Assembly (NCBI GenBank): GCA_012026655.1
Contig: JAAILG010001019.1
Location: 1-64,000, forward strand
Direction of reading: 5' to 3'
Source of the DNA: Hydrolagus affinis
Lineage: Eukaryota
DNA: 64,000 nucleotides
Below are positions 24,250 through 36,738 of this stretch, piece after piece (the stretch's first letter is position 1; every line of letters begins with the position of its first letter). Under the pieces are notes generated by a model, which saw only the letters and a program-made list of their open reading frames with translations, did not search any database and was not told the DNA's origin. The position numbers and the translations under genes are program-made.

Positions 24250-24587
24250 ATGGTAGCACTCTCGCATCTCAGTCAGAGGGGTGTGAGTTCAAACATCATA
24301 TCGGGACTTTGAGCTCATAGTCCATGCTGAAATGTCAGCCAAAGGAGGTGCACCACATAGTTGGGTCTGCCATCCTTCAGATGAGGTGTTAAACCAATGT
24401 CCCATTTGCTTGTTTGGGACATTAAAGATCATCTGGTACTATTTGAAAAGAGAAAGGAGTTTCTCCTAGTGTTTGTGTTCGTCTACAAATACACAGTCAC
24501 TACACCTTGCAGTAAATTCCTGTAAATCACTTGGAGATGTCTCGACAACATGATAATGTGCCATATCAAATGCAAAATTATTATTGT
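24250..24587 (+). mobile_element. SINE family B
   Basis: tggtagcactctcgcatctcagtcagagggg...ccttcagatgaggtgttaaacc, collinear with 49333-49727. Confidence 0.7.
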
Positions 24588-25209
24588 AAGAACATAACCC
24601 TTCATTTCACTTTCTCTTTCCCCATTAATTAACTTTTCCTAAAAACAAAAATTCTGGATACTGTACTTCTAAAAGCTATCTGTCAGCATTTCATTCTTCT
24701 CATAGTGCAGGGAAAATAATTCTCTGGAAACTAAAAGATTCCAGTTTGATGTGGTTCCTATTTCAAGAGATCTGTGATTTATTTTTAGTATTCGATGGCA
24801 TAAGAACTAGGTGTAGCGGGGGACAGCTGTCAGGAATTTGACAAAAATTTACTGCTGAGAGCAAAGAAATGAATTGTACTTCAGATCTCTGCAGGATATT
24901 GGCATTTCGGCCTCCTGTTTTGTGCCTTTGGTATTCATTCTGTTCTACAGCCCTTCAGTTGTCACCTCCAGCTCAGGTGCCTAGCCAGCGGTGTTAAGTG
25001 CTTTGAGATTTGAAGGGTGCTGTATACAGTACACGTAAATTGTATTGCATTATAATGCGCAACAATAGGCAATCGATGGATATTTTAATATGATATGAAT
25101 TAAGTTCAGAAGGCGCTATTTAGGATAGAGAGGATGGCCTTGGGTTTGATAAAATGTGGTTGTGTAACATAGTGTGGTTTGGAGTAGAGGTATAGGATAT
25201 GAAGGGATT

Positions 25210-25521
25210 TATATTAATAATCCTTGCATTTGATGTAGCACTTTTCACATCTTTAGATATCTCAAAGTGCTTCATGGAATGTACTGTGCAGTGGATTGAC
25301 TGTATATTTGTGGGCGAAACAGGGCAGCCAATTGCGCACAGCAGTGTCCCACAAACAGTCGTGGATTGAAATGAACAATTTATTGTTGTTTTTTATTCTT
25401 GAGGGATTATTATCAGGCGTGTTGAGCAAGGAAACTTGCTCAAGGTTTTGCCCTGCCAGGAACTGTACCCAGGTCTCTCACTTGTAAGGTGAGGACTCTA
25501 ACCGCTGAGGTACAGGGCTCC
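25210..25521 (-). mobile_element. Full-length SINE family A
   Basis: Collinear with 23848-24150. Confidence 0.9.
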
Positions 25522-25573
25522 AGGATTTAAGTAATAATGTGAGGCTTTTATTGTTCATTTCCATTGTTTACAG

Positions 25574-25682
25574 GAGAAGATCCAGAAGCCAGGAGAATGA
25601 GGACAGTGAAGAACATAGCAGATCTGCGGCAGAATCTAGAGGAAACTATGTCTAGTCTCCGAGGAACCCAGATAAGCCACAG
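25574..25682 (+). CDS. NAV3: NAV3 internal coding exon (109 nt, coiled-coil-like segment)
   Basis: Acceptor ccattgtttacag|GA and donor CACAG|gtaggt. Encodes (G)EDPEARRMRTVKNIADLRQNLEETMSSLRGTQISH(S). Read manually; too short for the ORF track. Confidence 0.95.
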
Positions 25683-25787
25683 GTAGGTATTGCTTTGCTG
25701 TATTGAGGTGTACATTATCATGATGTTTGATCGCTGCCTCTTAATGTGACCTGGAAATGACTGGCTCTGACAAAGATCCTTTTAATC

Positions 25788-26095
25788 ATAATAAGAAGAA
25801 AAAGAAGAATCCTTCCATTTGATATAGCGCCTGATCACATCTTCTGGATATCTCAAAGCGTTTCACAGATTATACTGTAAAGTGAATTGACTGTATACTT
25901 GTGAGCAAAACATGGCAGCCAATTGCACACAGCAGTTTCCCACAAACAGTCATGAATTGAAGTGACCAATTTATTATTGTTTAATTTCTTGAGGGATTAT
26001 TATCAGGCGTGCAAAGTCAGGAAACTTGCCCAAGGTTTCACCCTGCTGGGAATCCAACCCGGGTCTGGAGGCGAGTACTCTAACCACTGTACTCC
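25788..26095 (-). mobile_element. Full-length SINE family A
   Basis: Collinear with 23848-24150. Confidence 0.9.
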
Positions 26096-27591
26096 TTTTA
26101 GACCCGTTGTTCATAAAAAGTCATTTGTCTTCTGGATAAGATTAATATTTGCCATATATTGTTCTGTTACTTGGGTCTTGTTAATATATGAGTACTGCAT
26201 ATTGGAATACCTGAATTGCAGTAATATTAAGTACTATTTGTGGTATTTATTAACCAGATTTTTTATGAAATCCAAACCATACAAATTGTGACCAGATATA
26301 CTTCCAAGTCAATCCATAGGTTCTCTTCACCCCTCTGAACTAATTCCAGAAAGAGGTTCCAGCAAATTGACTGTTGTCCTGCAGAGAAGTAACTGCAAGT
26401 TAGATAAGTAATAATTCTTCAACCGCCTTTCTTGTTGGGAGGGCCTCTCAAAGTGCTTCACAGGATACACTGCAAAATGTGGGTGATTTTGTAGATCCCG
26501 ATATTGCAGGTCCCTCTTTCATTCAAATGGCTGTATGTAATTGATATATTTTGAAGTTATTACTTAACTATTAAGTCAAAATTAATCCATGCTTCAATAT
26601 GAATAATGGTCAGCTTTAAATTGATATGGATTTCGGGATAGGATTTCAATAACAACATAGCACTTACTGTTGGCAGCTTCAGTTTCCTCCTTGTTTTATT
26701 GAACTACTACATGTGCTGCTATTGAAACCAAGCCAACATTACACCTCTTTATCGCATTTTAAAACATTAATGCCTTTAAAACTTCTCTACACTTGCCAAT
26801 TTTGGAGACTTCTAAACTTGACACAGGTGGGATGTGAGAAAGGCAGGGTATCAGCTTGATTTCTTAGATTTGCTTTCCTTTTGGATTCAAATTCAAATCT
26901 TAACATCTAAGACTTGAACCTCAAAAGAAGGGGAAACAATGCTTTCTGTCTTACAAAAGAGACTTTTGGTAGCCTGTCTAGGATTTGGGAAGTTTCCAAA
27001 CAGACCGTTTACAAATCGAAGTCAGGTGTCCACAAGCAGATGGTTGGCAATCCTTTTCTATTCCCATATATCACTTCCTGTTCCACTTTGTCCAGCTGGA
27101 AAGGGAACAATGGTCAGAGCTGAGCCACGGTTGAACTCAAAACTGCTTCATGATTCCCTAATAAATAACAAAAAGGAAATCCTTTGATTTGATATAACGC
27201 ACTCTTTCACATTGGAAGCAAGTCTCTAAACACTTTGCAGGATTTTGTAGTCGAGCGCAGAGGGCAATTTGCACACAGTAATGTCCGGGAAATAGCCATG
27301 AAGTTAATAACTGGTGAGCTGCAGTGAAGCCATTCTGGCCACATTGATTTGTCCCTCGAGACAGTTGTGCACTTCTATCAATTGCTTTCTTTTCTAGATT
27401 AGCCAAAAGATACTTAAACATGTTTCTGGTGGAAGAAGCAACGTCTTTTTTTTTTACAATTTAATATCGATTTGGCACGTGAAGAAATAAACATTCTCAT
27501 GAGATTAACACCATTATTTTTGCTCGTGCTGTAGAGTTTATTATGTGAATCGAGTCCAGAAGAATATTGATTGTGTTCTTTGTCTTGGCAG

Positions 27592-27981
27592 CACTTTGGA
27601 AACTACATTTGATAGCACCATTACCACAGAAGTCAATGGGAGAAGCATGGCAGCTGTGTCCAGCAGATCTACATCCATGTCATGGAGGCTTGGCCAAACA
27701 AGCCCACGGCTTCAGGCTGGCGATGCTCCTTCTCTAGGTACCGGTTATCCTCCTCGAGGCAACGCCAGCCGCTTTATACACCCTGACACCTCTCGGTTCA
27801 TGTATACCACTCCACTCCGAAGAGCTGCGGGATCACGACCTAGTAATGCATCCTCGATGGATATTCCCGAGAAAGGGGGTTCTGATCTTGACATGGCACC
27901 TGTTGATGCGGACCTGACTGGTTATATGAGCGATGGGGATTTACTGGGGAAGAACACGAGGAGCGACGACCTCAACAGTGG
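27592..27981 (+). CDS. NAV3: NAV3 internal coding exon (390 nt)
   Basis: Acceptor ctttgtcttggcag|C and donor GTGG|gtaagt. Encodes TLETTFDSTITTEVNGRS...WRLGQTSPRLQAGDAPSLG...GYMSDGDLLGKNTRSDDLNS(G). Confidence 0.95.
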
Positions 27982-30900
27982 GTAAGTCAGAATATTTTCT
28001 GCAATGTTCCTCAGATTCAAGTTAGAAGCAGAAGTTAGATTTTTGTTTTGGATAGCCACATGTGGAAATCCAGCACTGTGCTTAAGACTGTCCTAACCAG
28101 ACTGAGAGTTCCATGCCTGCCACCTACAGGTAGAAATTCCATGTTTGGAATGCAATGCGCACTCTCTCCCTGGAGGGACACACCTAGTTCACCTATTATA
28201 AAAAGAGTGACAGCAAAGAACTGAATGAAAGGGAAATGGAAAAACTGAATCAGCGTTTAATTGCTTATGATATATGAAGAAGTCACGTGTCTGATTTCAT
28301 GGCCCAATGTCATCAGTAAGACCTGCACTTGGAATGGATTTCGCAAACTGTTCTGTTTTGGTGTTACCTTGTGCACCTCAGAGCTCGTGAGCAATTAGGA
28401 ATGTTTTGCTTACAAATTAAGCATTTTGGGTGTGAAATGAATGGATCCACCCTGGTGGCTGAATTCCAACCATTTAACGCAAGTTTTTTTGATGGATGTC
28501 GGAGGACCCAAAACGAAAGAAATAGTTATTTTCCTTAAAATATACAAGTGTAGTATTATGTTTGGGTAAATCTCTATCCATTAAAGGAGGAAATGAGTTT
28601 CCCTTGGTCATAGTGTAGCTTCTATTTCTTTAAAAAAAAGCCTTGAGCGGTTCAGTTAGTGGAGTGCTCCGCTTGGGACCACAACTTTCAGTGATCAAAT
28701 CCCAGTACACCCAATGAGCCTTTCAATGTCGATCAAATGAATACCATATGGAACAAGTGCATAAGGCCAGGATGAACTCAGCGAAACATTCTAGTTTCTT
28801 TGCTGCCCCTGAGTATTCTATTTCTAACATGACTTATGAAAACATGACTATAATAGTTTTGTTTCTTTGTTTAATTCTTTTGATTTAGATTTGTTAGGGA
28901 TAGCTTTAAAGCTATGTTAGGGTGCTTAAATCCTCCCACAGACACTTGCGGGTGTGTTAATTTCTCTACAGAAGAGTTCAACTGCCGAATGCGCAAAGCT
29001 GCATGCACCATTTAGAACGAGAGCATAAAGTGGGTGTTCATTTTAAGTCTCTTGTTAAGGTATTTCCTTCCCTCTGTCTCTCTCAAGACCCTTCAGTCAC
29101 ACACTGTCATTGACTGAGAGGATACATGTGTAACTTGATTGTGACTCTTTGGAAGTCACTCTCTACCGACTGCTCAGAACCTGGCCTCATTCCCCTTTGA
29201 TTTTTCTTTACCTGTTGAACCTTGCTTGGCACTGCCACATGAGCTCAAGATCAGACCAGATACTGATGCAGTGGAGAACCATAAAAAGGAATGAAATTCC
29301 CATAACAAGGAAACAGAGAAAGGCCAGAGAGTTTTGCAATGAGAACAATCATCTGATTTCCATGCTATAAGATTCTATGATATACAGGCATAGACCTACC
29401 CAATGGTGGAGAATGCAGACTCTCGTTTCTCTTGTTAAATGCCACCTTTCCCTGTGCTCTTTTTTCAGTTACTGTAAATGTGCGAATGAAAGAGATTTTG
29501 ACTTTTATATTGTGTGCAAATGTTCAGATCCCTTTCAGTACCAGAATTGTCACTCTTTTGCTGGAATGTAATATTTTTAATTAACATCTTCACAGTTAAT
29601 TAACTCCATAGATCAGACGTAGAAAAAATTATGACAAAATTACATAAAACCCAAATCTTACATTTTTGGCATTGGATTGCTGAACTGCCTCCTCCTCACT
29701 CCGCTCAGCTCTAACACCCAGCCACTAATGTGAAGGACTTCTGACATGAAGAATGCTATATAAGTGTAAATTGTACCATCTTCTTAAAAATAGTTTTTAT
29801 TGTTCAATCATGGATTTGCAGTAAGATTGCTAAAAAGAAATGTTCATCTGTAGTCTTCAGTGACTTGGAGTTTTTTTGTTCCAGCAACTTAAAGTTGGAG
29901 ATGTATAATTAATCAAAAATACACTGTTCACCAGCTATAAATTGTTGGATTTGTTTGATTGAATTTCATACTCAAAAACTGCGATTGAGGCACAGAATTA
30001 ATGCTGGATGAGTCCGCTTTTTGTAAAAAAAATGGTGGTGAGGAATGCAACCTCATTTGAAATTGCAAGTAATAGAAGCAGGTACAATGTGTGCACTGTT
30101 CAACAACTGACAATCAATAGATCGGGTGAAGACAGCAGATAACTCTGATTTGTGGAAACTGAATAGATTGGTTGGGCACTGCACTGCACATTCACACTTT
30201 TGAAGTAAATCTACAGCCCTGCTGCACAGTCAGGTCACATCCATCTTGAATAGTGCAAAATGCACACAAGTGGAAAATTGCTTTTTGGCCTTCAGGATTA
30301 TTGAATAACAGAGGAATGTGGGTCTGATTTTTAACATAATAAATTGGGAAATATAGCACTGCAGAGCAGTAACACACCAGCCACACACACACACCACACA
30401 CACAACTTCAACTTCACAAAAACAAAAGTATCTGAAGCATTTTAATAACAACAACCACTTGTCCATTAGTCTCCACTCCAGAGGTTCTAAAAATGTCTGT
30501 CTGAAGGAGAAAATGTTTGATGTGGCTTCCTTCTGAATCGCCTTTTAGATTTAAATGGGGGGAAAAAAAGCGGCTCAGAAAGGTAGCATTAGGGAACTTG
30601 GTTATAATCAGGAGGGTTTAATAAACTAGCTGAGAAAATATTCAGGGATACCACAGTGAAAATATAAGTGGTAATGTGATCATGTGGTGGTGAAAAAAGA
30701 AAGGCAAGCAAGCACACAGCAAACAAAATACTGCAGAGGACAAAACACACACACACACCAGATGTGATAATCTCTGCCATTTTGCAGTACTCTTCATACA
30801 ACATCTTCTCTCTTTACGTTACATGCAGTTAGTTGGGTTGCTGGCAATTTTCATGAAAATGTGACAGATTTCCCAGACCCCTTACAATTCTGTATTGGGT

Positions 30901-31194
30901 GTAAATTGTTAATACTTGCTCCCGTCACTATGCAAGACTAAATATTTCACTATATATTTGTTGGTGCTAGGTAAAGCAGAATAGCTGCCAATATGTCGAC
31001 AAGGAAAATATCATTCCTTAGATCTTAAACCATTTCTGCAGTGGTGTGTCTTCATTCCGTCTGTGAAAATGCTGCATAATGACTTGATATCATCATACTG
31101 TGACAGAAACGCGTATTTAGTGGTACTATTCAACTGTGAAATGTAAGAACAGAATGAATTTTATTATAAGGGACAAGATAACCGTCATTGAAAA

Positions 31195-31570
31195 TATTAA
31201 TAATCCTTATATTTGATGTTGCGCCATTCATGTCAAAAGGAAGTCTCAAAGCGCTTCACAAGATTTACTATAATATGTAGTGTCTGTGTATTTTGAATGT
31301 GAACAAGACAGCCAAATTATGCACAACAATGGCCCACAAACAGTCATGAAGTGAATGACCAATTTGTATTTGGAGGAATGTTGGCCAGGACACACGGAGA
31401 AACTCTCTTTTTGTATTCATCTTTTTGAATAGTGCCAAGAAATCATTAATCCACCAGAATAGGCACAGGGATCCTTAGCTTAACGTCTCATCCGAAGGTT
31501 GACGCATCCAACATTGCAGCACATCCCACCAGCACTGTACTGGTATATCAGCCTAGATTGTGACGAGCAC
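31195..31570 (-). mobile_element. SINE family B
   Basis: ttaacgtctcatccgaagg...atcagcctagattgtg is the reverse complement of the family B body. Further remnants lie at ~190-335(+), 3470-3600(-) and 18045-18325(-). Confidence 0.7.
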
Positions 31571-31579
31571 AAAAACTTG

Positions 31580-31870
31580 ATGATAATAACAATAATCCTT
31601 GCATTTGATATAGTGCTTTGTACATGTTATCGACGTCTCAAAGCGCTTCACAGAATATACTGTAAAGTGAATTGACTGTACATTTTGGGGCAAAACGTGG
31701 CAGCCAACTGTGCAGAGCAGCGTCCCACAAACAGTCATGGATTGAAATGACCAATTTTATTCTTGTTTTTTTTTGAGGGATTATTATTAGGCGTGTGGAG
31801 TAAGGAAACTTGCTCAAGGTTTCGCCCTGACCTGGCTAGAATCTAACACGTGATGTGTGGCTTGAACCCA
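31580..31870 (-). mobile_element. Near full-length SINE family A
   Basis: Collinear with 23848-24150; head partly degenerate. Confidence 0.88.
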
Positions 31871-32254
31871 TAACCTACTGACTCAAAGGCAAGAGTTGCT
31901 GCCAACTGAACCAGGATGACGCACAAACATTATGTGAATGAAATTCTCTATTCTGAAATGATAAAGCATATAATTTTCCAGCCTCGTCTCTGCAATCTTT
32001 GTCTGCACTTTCCTCTTCTCCCAAATAACACCTTAGCGGTTTGCTGCTGTGGTTCATCTCTGTGCCGATTCCAATGGCTGGAAGCTGAGTTACAGAACTG
32101 AACAATCTGCTGAGCATTTTAATAGGATAATTACGCGTCGAGACCAAGGAAAAGTATAAACAAATTAAAATCGTTGCAGGTAACCCCAAATCATGCAACA
32201 AAGTAAATACAGCGATTCAGCTCCAGTCACCGTGATTTGCTGTGGTCCATAAAA

Positions 32255-32510
32255 ATAACAATAATAATAACCCTTGCATTTGATATAAAAACAGAAGTTG
32301 CTGGGGAAACTCAGCGGGTCAGGCAGCACGCATGGAGAAAGGAAAAAGTGTCAACGTTTCGGGTTTACAACCCTTCTGGTGTCTCATCACAGTGTTTCAC
32401 AGAATATACTCTAAAGTGAATTGACTGTATATTTTGTGGGCATAACATGACAGCCAATTGCACACGGCGGTGTCCCACAAACAGTTGTGGATTGAGTGAT
32501 CAAATTATTG
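32255..32510 (-). mobile_element. Partial SINE family A interrupted by a Penelope-like remnant
   Basis: The SINE tail cccttgcatttgatat breaks at ~32287 and resumes at ~32378. Confidence 0.8.
32287..32377 (-). mobile_element. Penelope-like remnant
   Basis: Reverse complement reads gaagggttgtaaacccgaaacgttgac...tgctgcctgacccgctgagt. Confidence 0.65.
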
Positions 32511-33094
32511 ATCAACGTTTGTAGTCCCCTTCCAACTGGGAGTCAATTTGCAACTGTCTGTCAATTCAGCCATAAATAAAATTGACAAATTAAGGGTAAT
32601 ACTCCAGGACAGGGGACGATAAAGCTATAAAATTCTCCTATGGTTTATGTGACAGCACAAGGCAAGGGAACTAAGCACGTGGACATTATGTGGGATTAAT
32701 AGCAATGAAACAGCAATGGGTTGATGACCATCACTGTCTATAATGTTGTCTGTAGTCATGGTTAACAGGCAGGATTAGACAGATTATATGTATCTCTTAT
32801 ATTTCTGCAGTGTGTGTGAGTGCGCCACATATGAGTTATTCAAGTCATTTGGCCATCCAAATCCTGAAATTACTTTCATGATAATTACTCCTAACCACAA
32901 GGAACCTTTGTTCACGATGTGCTTCCAATTGTTCTGTTTTTTAATACGAATCCTAATTGCAAAAGGGAATATCGTGCCAATGAACTGCAATTCTGCTTCA
33001 ACGCAAATGGTATCAGCCTGTCTGAAGTCAGGAGAGTTCGAGCCCCACATATAAAGAACTGTTAACATCTGCATCCAGTTTATGATATATTTAT

Positions 33095-33785
33095 GGATTC
33101 CTGTAGCTCAGTGGCTAGAGCACTCACCTCGCAAGTGAGAGACCTGGGTTTGATTCCCGGCAGGTCGAAACCTTGGGCAAGTTTTCTTACTCCACATGCC
33201 TGATAATAATCCCTCAAGAAAAAAATAATAAATTGCTCACTTCAATCCATGACTGTATGTGGGACACTGCTGCGTGCAACTGGCTGCCACGTTTCAGCCA
33301 CAAAATATACAGTTAATTCACTTTACAGTATGTTCTGTGAAGTGCTTTGAGATGTCGAAAAAATATGATACGGCACTTCATCCAATGCAAGGATTATTAC
33401 AATTATTAATTACTGCGACTTCATTAGTCACATCGCCTTACAAGCGAGAGACCTAGGTTCAATTCCAGGCCAGGCAAAACCATGGCCAAGTTTCCTTACT
33501 CCACACACCTAATAATAATTCCTCAGAAAAATTAATAACTTGGTCATTTCAATCCACAACTGTTTGTGGGACACTGCTGTGCACAATTGGCTTTCACGTT
33601 TCACCCACAAATATACAGTCAATTCACTTTACAGTATAATCTGTGAAGCGCTTTGAGACGTAGATAAGATGTGACAAACACTATTTCAAAGGATTATTAT
33701 TATTATTTACAGTATATTCTGTGAAGTGCTTTGAGATGTCTAGAACACGTGAAAAGCGCTATATCAAACGAAAGGCTTATTATTA
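33095..33785 (+). mobile_element. Tandem SINE family A cluster (two copies plus an extra tail)
   Basis: Copy 1 ~33095-33410 has an intact head, copy 2 spans ~33425-33705, and an extra 3' tail spans ~33706-33785. Confidence 0.9.
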
Positions 33786-36720
33786 TCTCTGTGATATTAT
33801 AGAATCAAGACTGCAGTAGTTTACTGGGAAGTAACGTTGCTCCTTGTTACATGTGGGAACTAATCCATTAGGAGATTAAAAATTCAATATACATTCTGGA
33901 GAGAATAACAAACAAATGCGATTACAATCTGGTAATCTCAGCTGAGGTGCTCAGATCATATCACAAACCACACGACTAAAGCTTGGATGATATAACTGTT
34001 GTCTGAACCCAGTGATGAGATTGCATGCATGAAATCACTCCCATGTATCTCTTATGTTTCTGTGGTGTGCGTGTAGAATTGGAATCTGTTTTATTCTGTT
34101 TTCAGGCAGTGATGATGCATGTGTTTTGATGGACAGTGACGGCTAGGATGCTTTAAGCATCCTATTTAAATTGACATCCACTCTGAAGGATCAACCTTCA
34201 TAAATTAATGAAGTGATAATGGCAGAGGATTGCCACAAAATATGTATACATTTAAATAATGGGGAGTTAGATTGAACCACAGCCCTCTCCCTATATTACT
34301 CCTGCTTATTAAATGCATTTCCTACTCAGTAACCACATTGGGAGTCATGACTTCTCTTCCTTGTCCACACTAAAACTGTTAAATTGGGATGGAAATTAAC
34401 TGGAAACTCCAGGGGATTCAATGTAAAAATAGATATTGACTTCCTACAAAAGTGAGGAGCCTTTCCTCATTTTCTTTTCAAATAAACAATGCTATCCTCA
34501 ACAAGATTTAGATAGCACCCCTCACACCGGACGGTCTTTCAGAGTGCTTATAGTTATACTTATAGCGCAAAATGATCCTCAATGTCAAGACACCACCTAT
34601 GTGTTTGTGTGGAGATTGAATGGGAAAGGTAGAAATACTGTAAATATAAATAGCAATTTTTTGGTGCCAATTTGCCCTTTAGCCAATGGTCCAAACACAC
34701 ACTCTTGCCGTTCACTACAGCTAAGTGCATAATCCTGGGTTTAGCACCAATAAGGGGTGGTAACAGCAGTTTTGATGATATTGTAAAAGCTTTTCTCTGG
34801 CAGTAAGTTGACCAAGGAAATCTAGCCTGAAGTGCTGGAAGCTAAAGCAGATACAAAGATAAATAATGTCAGGCTTGGAGCTTTAAAAGTGATTTTATTT
34901 GCAGTTTGTCAGAGACACTGTAACCCTGTGTGTGGTTGTTCAAGTACTCTGAGATGCTACCCGGTGTCTCAGAGTGCTTGAACTTTGTGGACATGGACAA
35001 GGAGGGCGCTATATAGGGACGTCCTCTCGACATGAAAGGCGCTCTACAAATGTAATTTTGTTATTGTATATAAGTACAAGTTGTTGTTGTTATTATTATA
35101 GTCGCTGAAAGAAAAAAAATGTCAAGAGGGAATAGTAAAATAAAACAATGAGTTTAGAACCGACATTTAATCTTCCGTTTACGCTGACCTTTACTGCAGG
35201 CATGGCCATCTTTGGCCATATCTTGCAACTGCCTTTAAATGGATCCAAAACAAAGTTTAGTTGGCTGGTAGTTTGTTTTGATCAGTAGGGTATCTGATAC
35301 ATGTAGAAACCCATCACTGCACTTAAGAATATCCATCCAAAACCGAGTGTACCACATATATCCACCCGCAAAAAATGCAGTCAGTTCACTTTACAGTATA
35401 TTGTGTAAACGCCTTGCGATGTCTTAAAGACCTGATAAGGTGCTATATCAGATGCAAGGATTATTATTATGTGTGCTGGTTTATGGTGGGTGGGTGGGTG
35501 GGGGGAGAGGAGAAAAGACAGAGAGGTTTTGAGGGAAATATTCTCTCTTTAGTTACTATGAATGCAAGTGTGATCCTCACTGCAGGGTTACTTACATTCA
35601 AGATGGATTTATTCAAGCTGTAAGTGGATCCAGACCACCTCCACTGACTGTGTTGTTTGGATCCAGTTTCAAAAGGCACCTGTTTTAAATTGATCTTGCT
35701 AAATCTGTGATTGACCCACTGCCTTTGTTTAAAGTAGATTCAGGTATTTGTCTCTGTGAATGAATTATCTTAAATGTGGATCTGTCGCTTGTTGTGAAGG
35801 ACTCACTAAAACTTCTGGATATGTACGCAGTGGAAAGGACCTGCTGGATCTGATAGAAATAGGCTTCACCATATTCCCTCATGTTTCTGTTGGGAATCTG
35901 CTCCTTGGCTCTCTTGATTTGTTTAATGTTTCTTTCTTTTCATGTCTCACATTTTTTCCTCGTTTCAATACTCTGCCATTTAATATTTCCCATCTGACTC
36001 TATCCTTGTCCGTCATGTTTTGGAATAGGAGTTGGAAATATTCTCATTTCTCTTGGTCTTTTATGATTCTTTTCCCTATGTAGATTATCTCCCAGTGGTG
36101 GCCTTTGGCCCAAACCTGCATAATCACCTTCAATGATATATCTTGACTTATTTTTCCATCAACTTTAAATTCTCTGCCTTTAGAAAGGGCAAGCTGTTGC
36201 AAGCAAGCAAGCAATTCCTATCTTTTAACATTAGATAGCAGTTGAGGGGTGGGAATCTAGGTTGTGCTGTTGTAGTCTCTGGAAAGTGATCGTGCCAGAG
36301 AGAAGCTGTGCAGTTCTGTATATCAGAAGTGATTATACAATACAAAATTAAATTTGTAAATGAATGAGGGAGTGGATAAACAACAGTACAGGGACTAGGT
36401 GAAGGTGGCTAGTGATTGTGGCTGGTCTGGGATTCAATGGAACCAGTGAGATTTGCAATTCCTTAAACATTTTTCCAAACGTCTATTTTGCCCAAAGGAA
36501 ATGCAAGCAGGTTGTTTCAAGTACAGTCAAGTGGAACAGATACCAAGGCTTGGATAGTAAAATTGGAGCAATGAATTATGCTGTTTAAGCATAACACCAT
36601 GGGATTTCCTGCAGGGATATTAGTGATTTTTTTTGAAGGTTGTAAGGCAAAATGGTTCCAGCTAGAATTATTTTATTCCATGTTGTTGTGTTTGAAACTG
36701 TCATATCTCATTCCACGTGA

Positions 36721-36738
36721 ATCCAGCAGATGGAGCTG
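36721..36738 (+). promoter_or_regulatory. Candidate CTCF motif
   Basis: atCCAGCAGATGGAGCtg resembles the CTCF consensus and has an adjacent CACGTG E-box. Motif match only. Confidence 0.28.
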
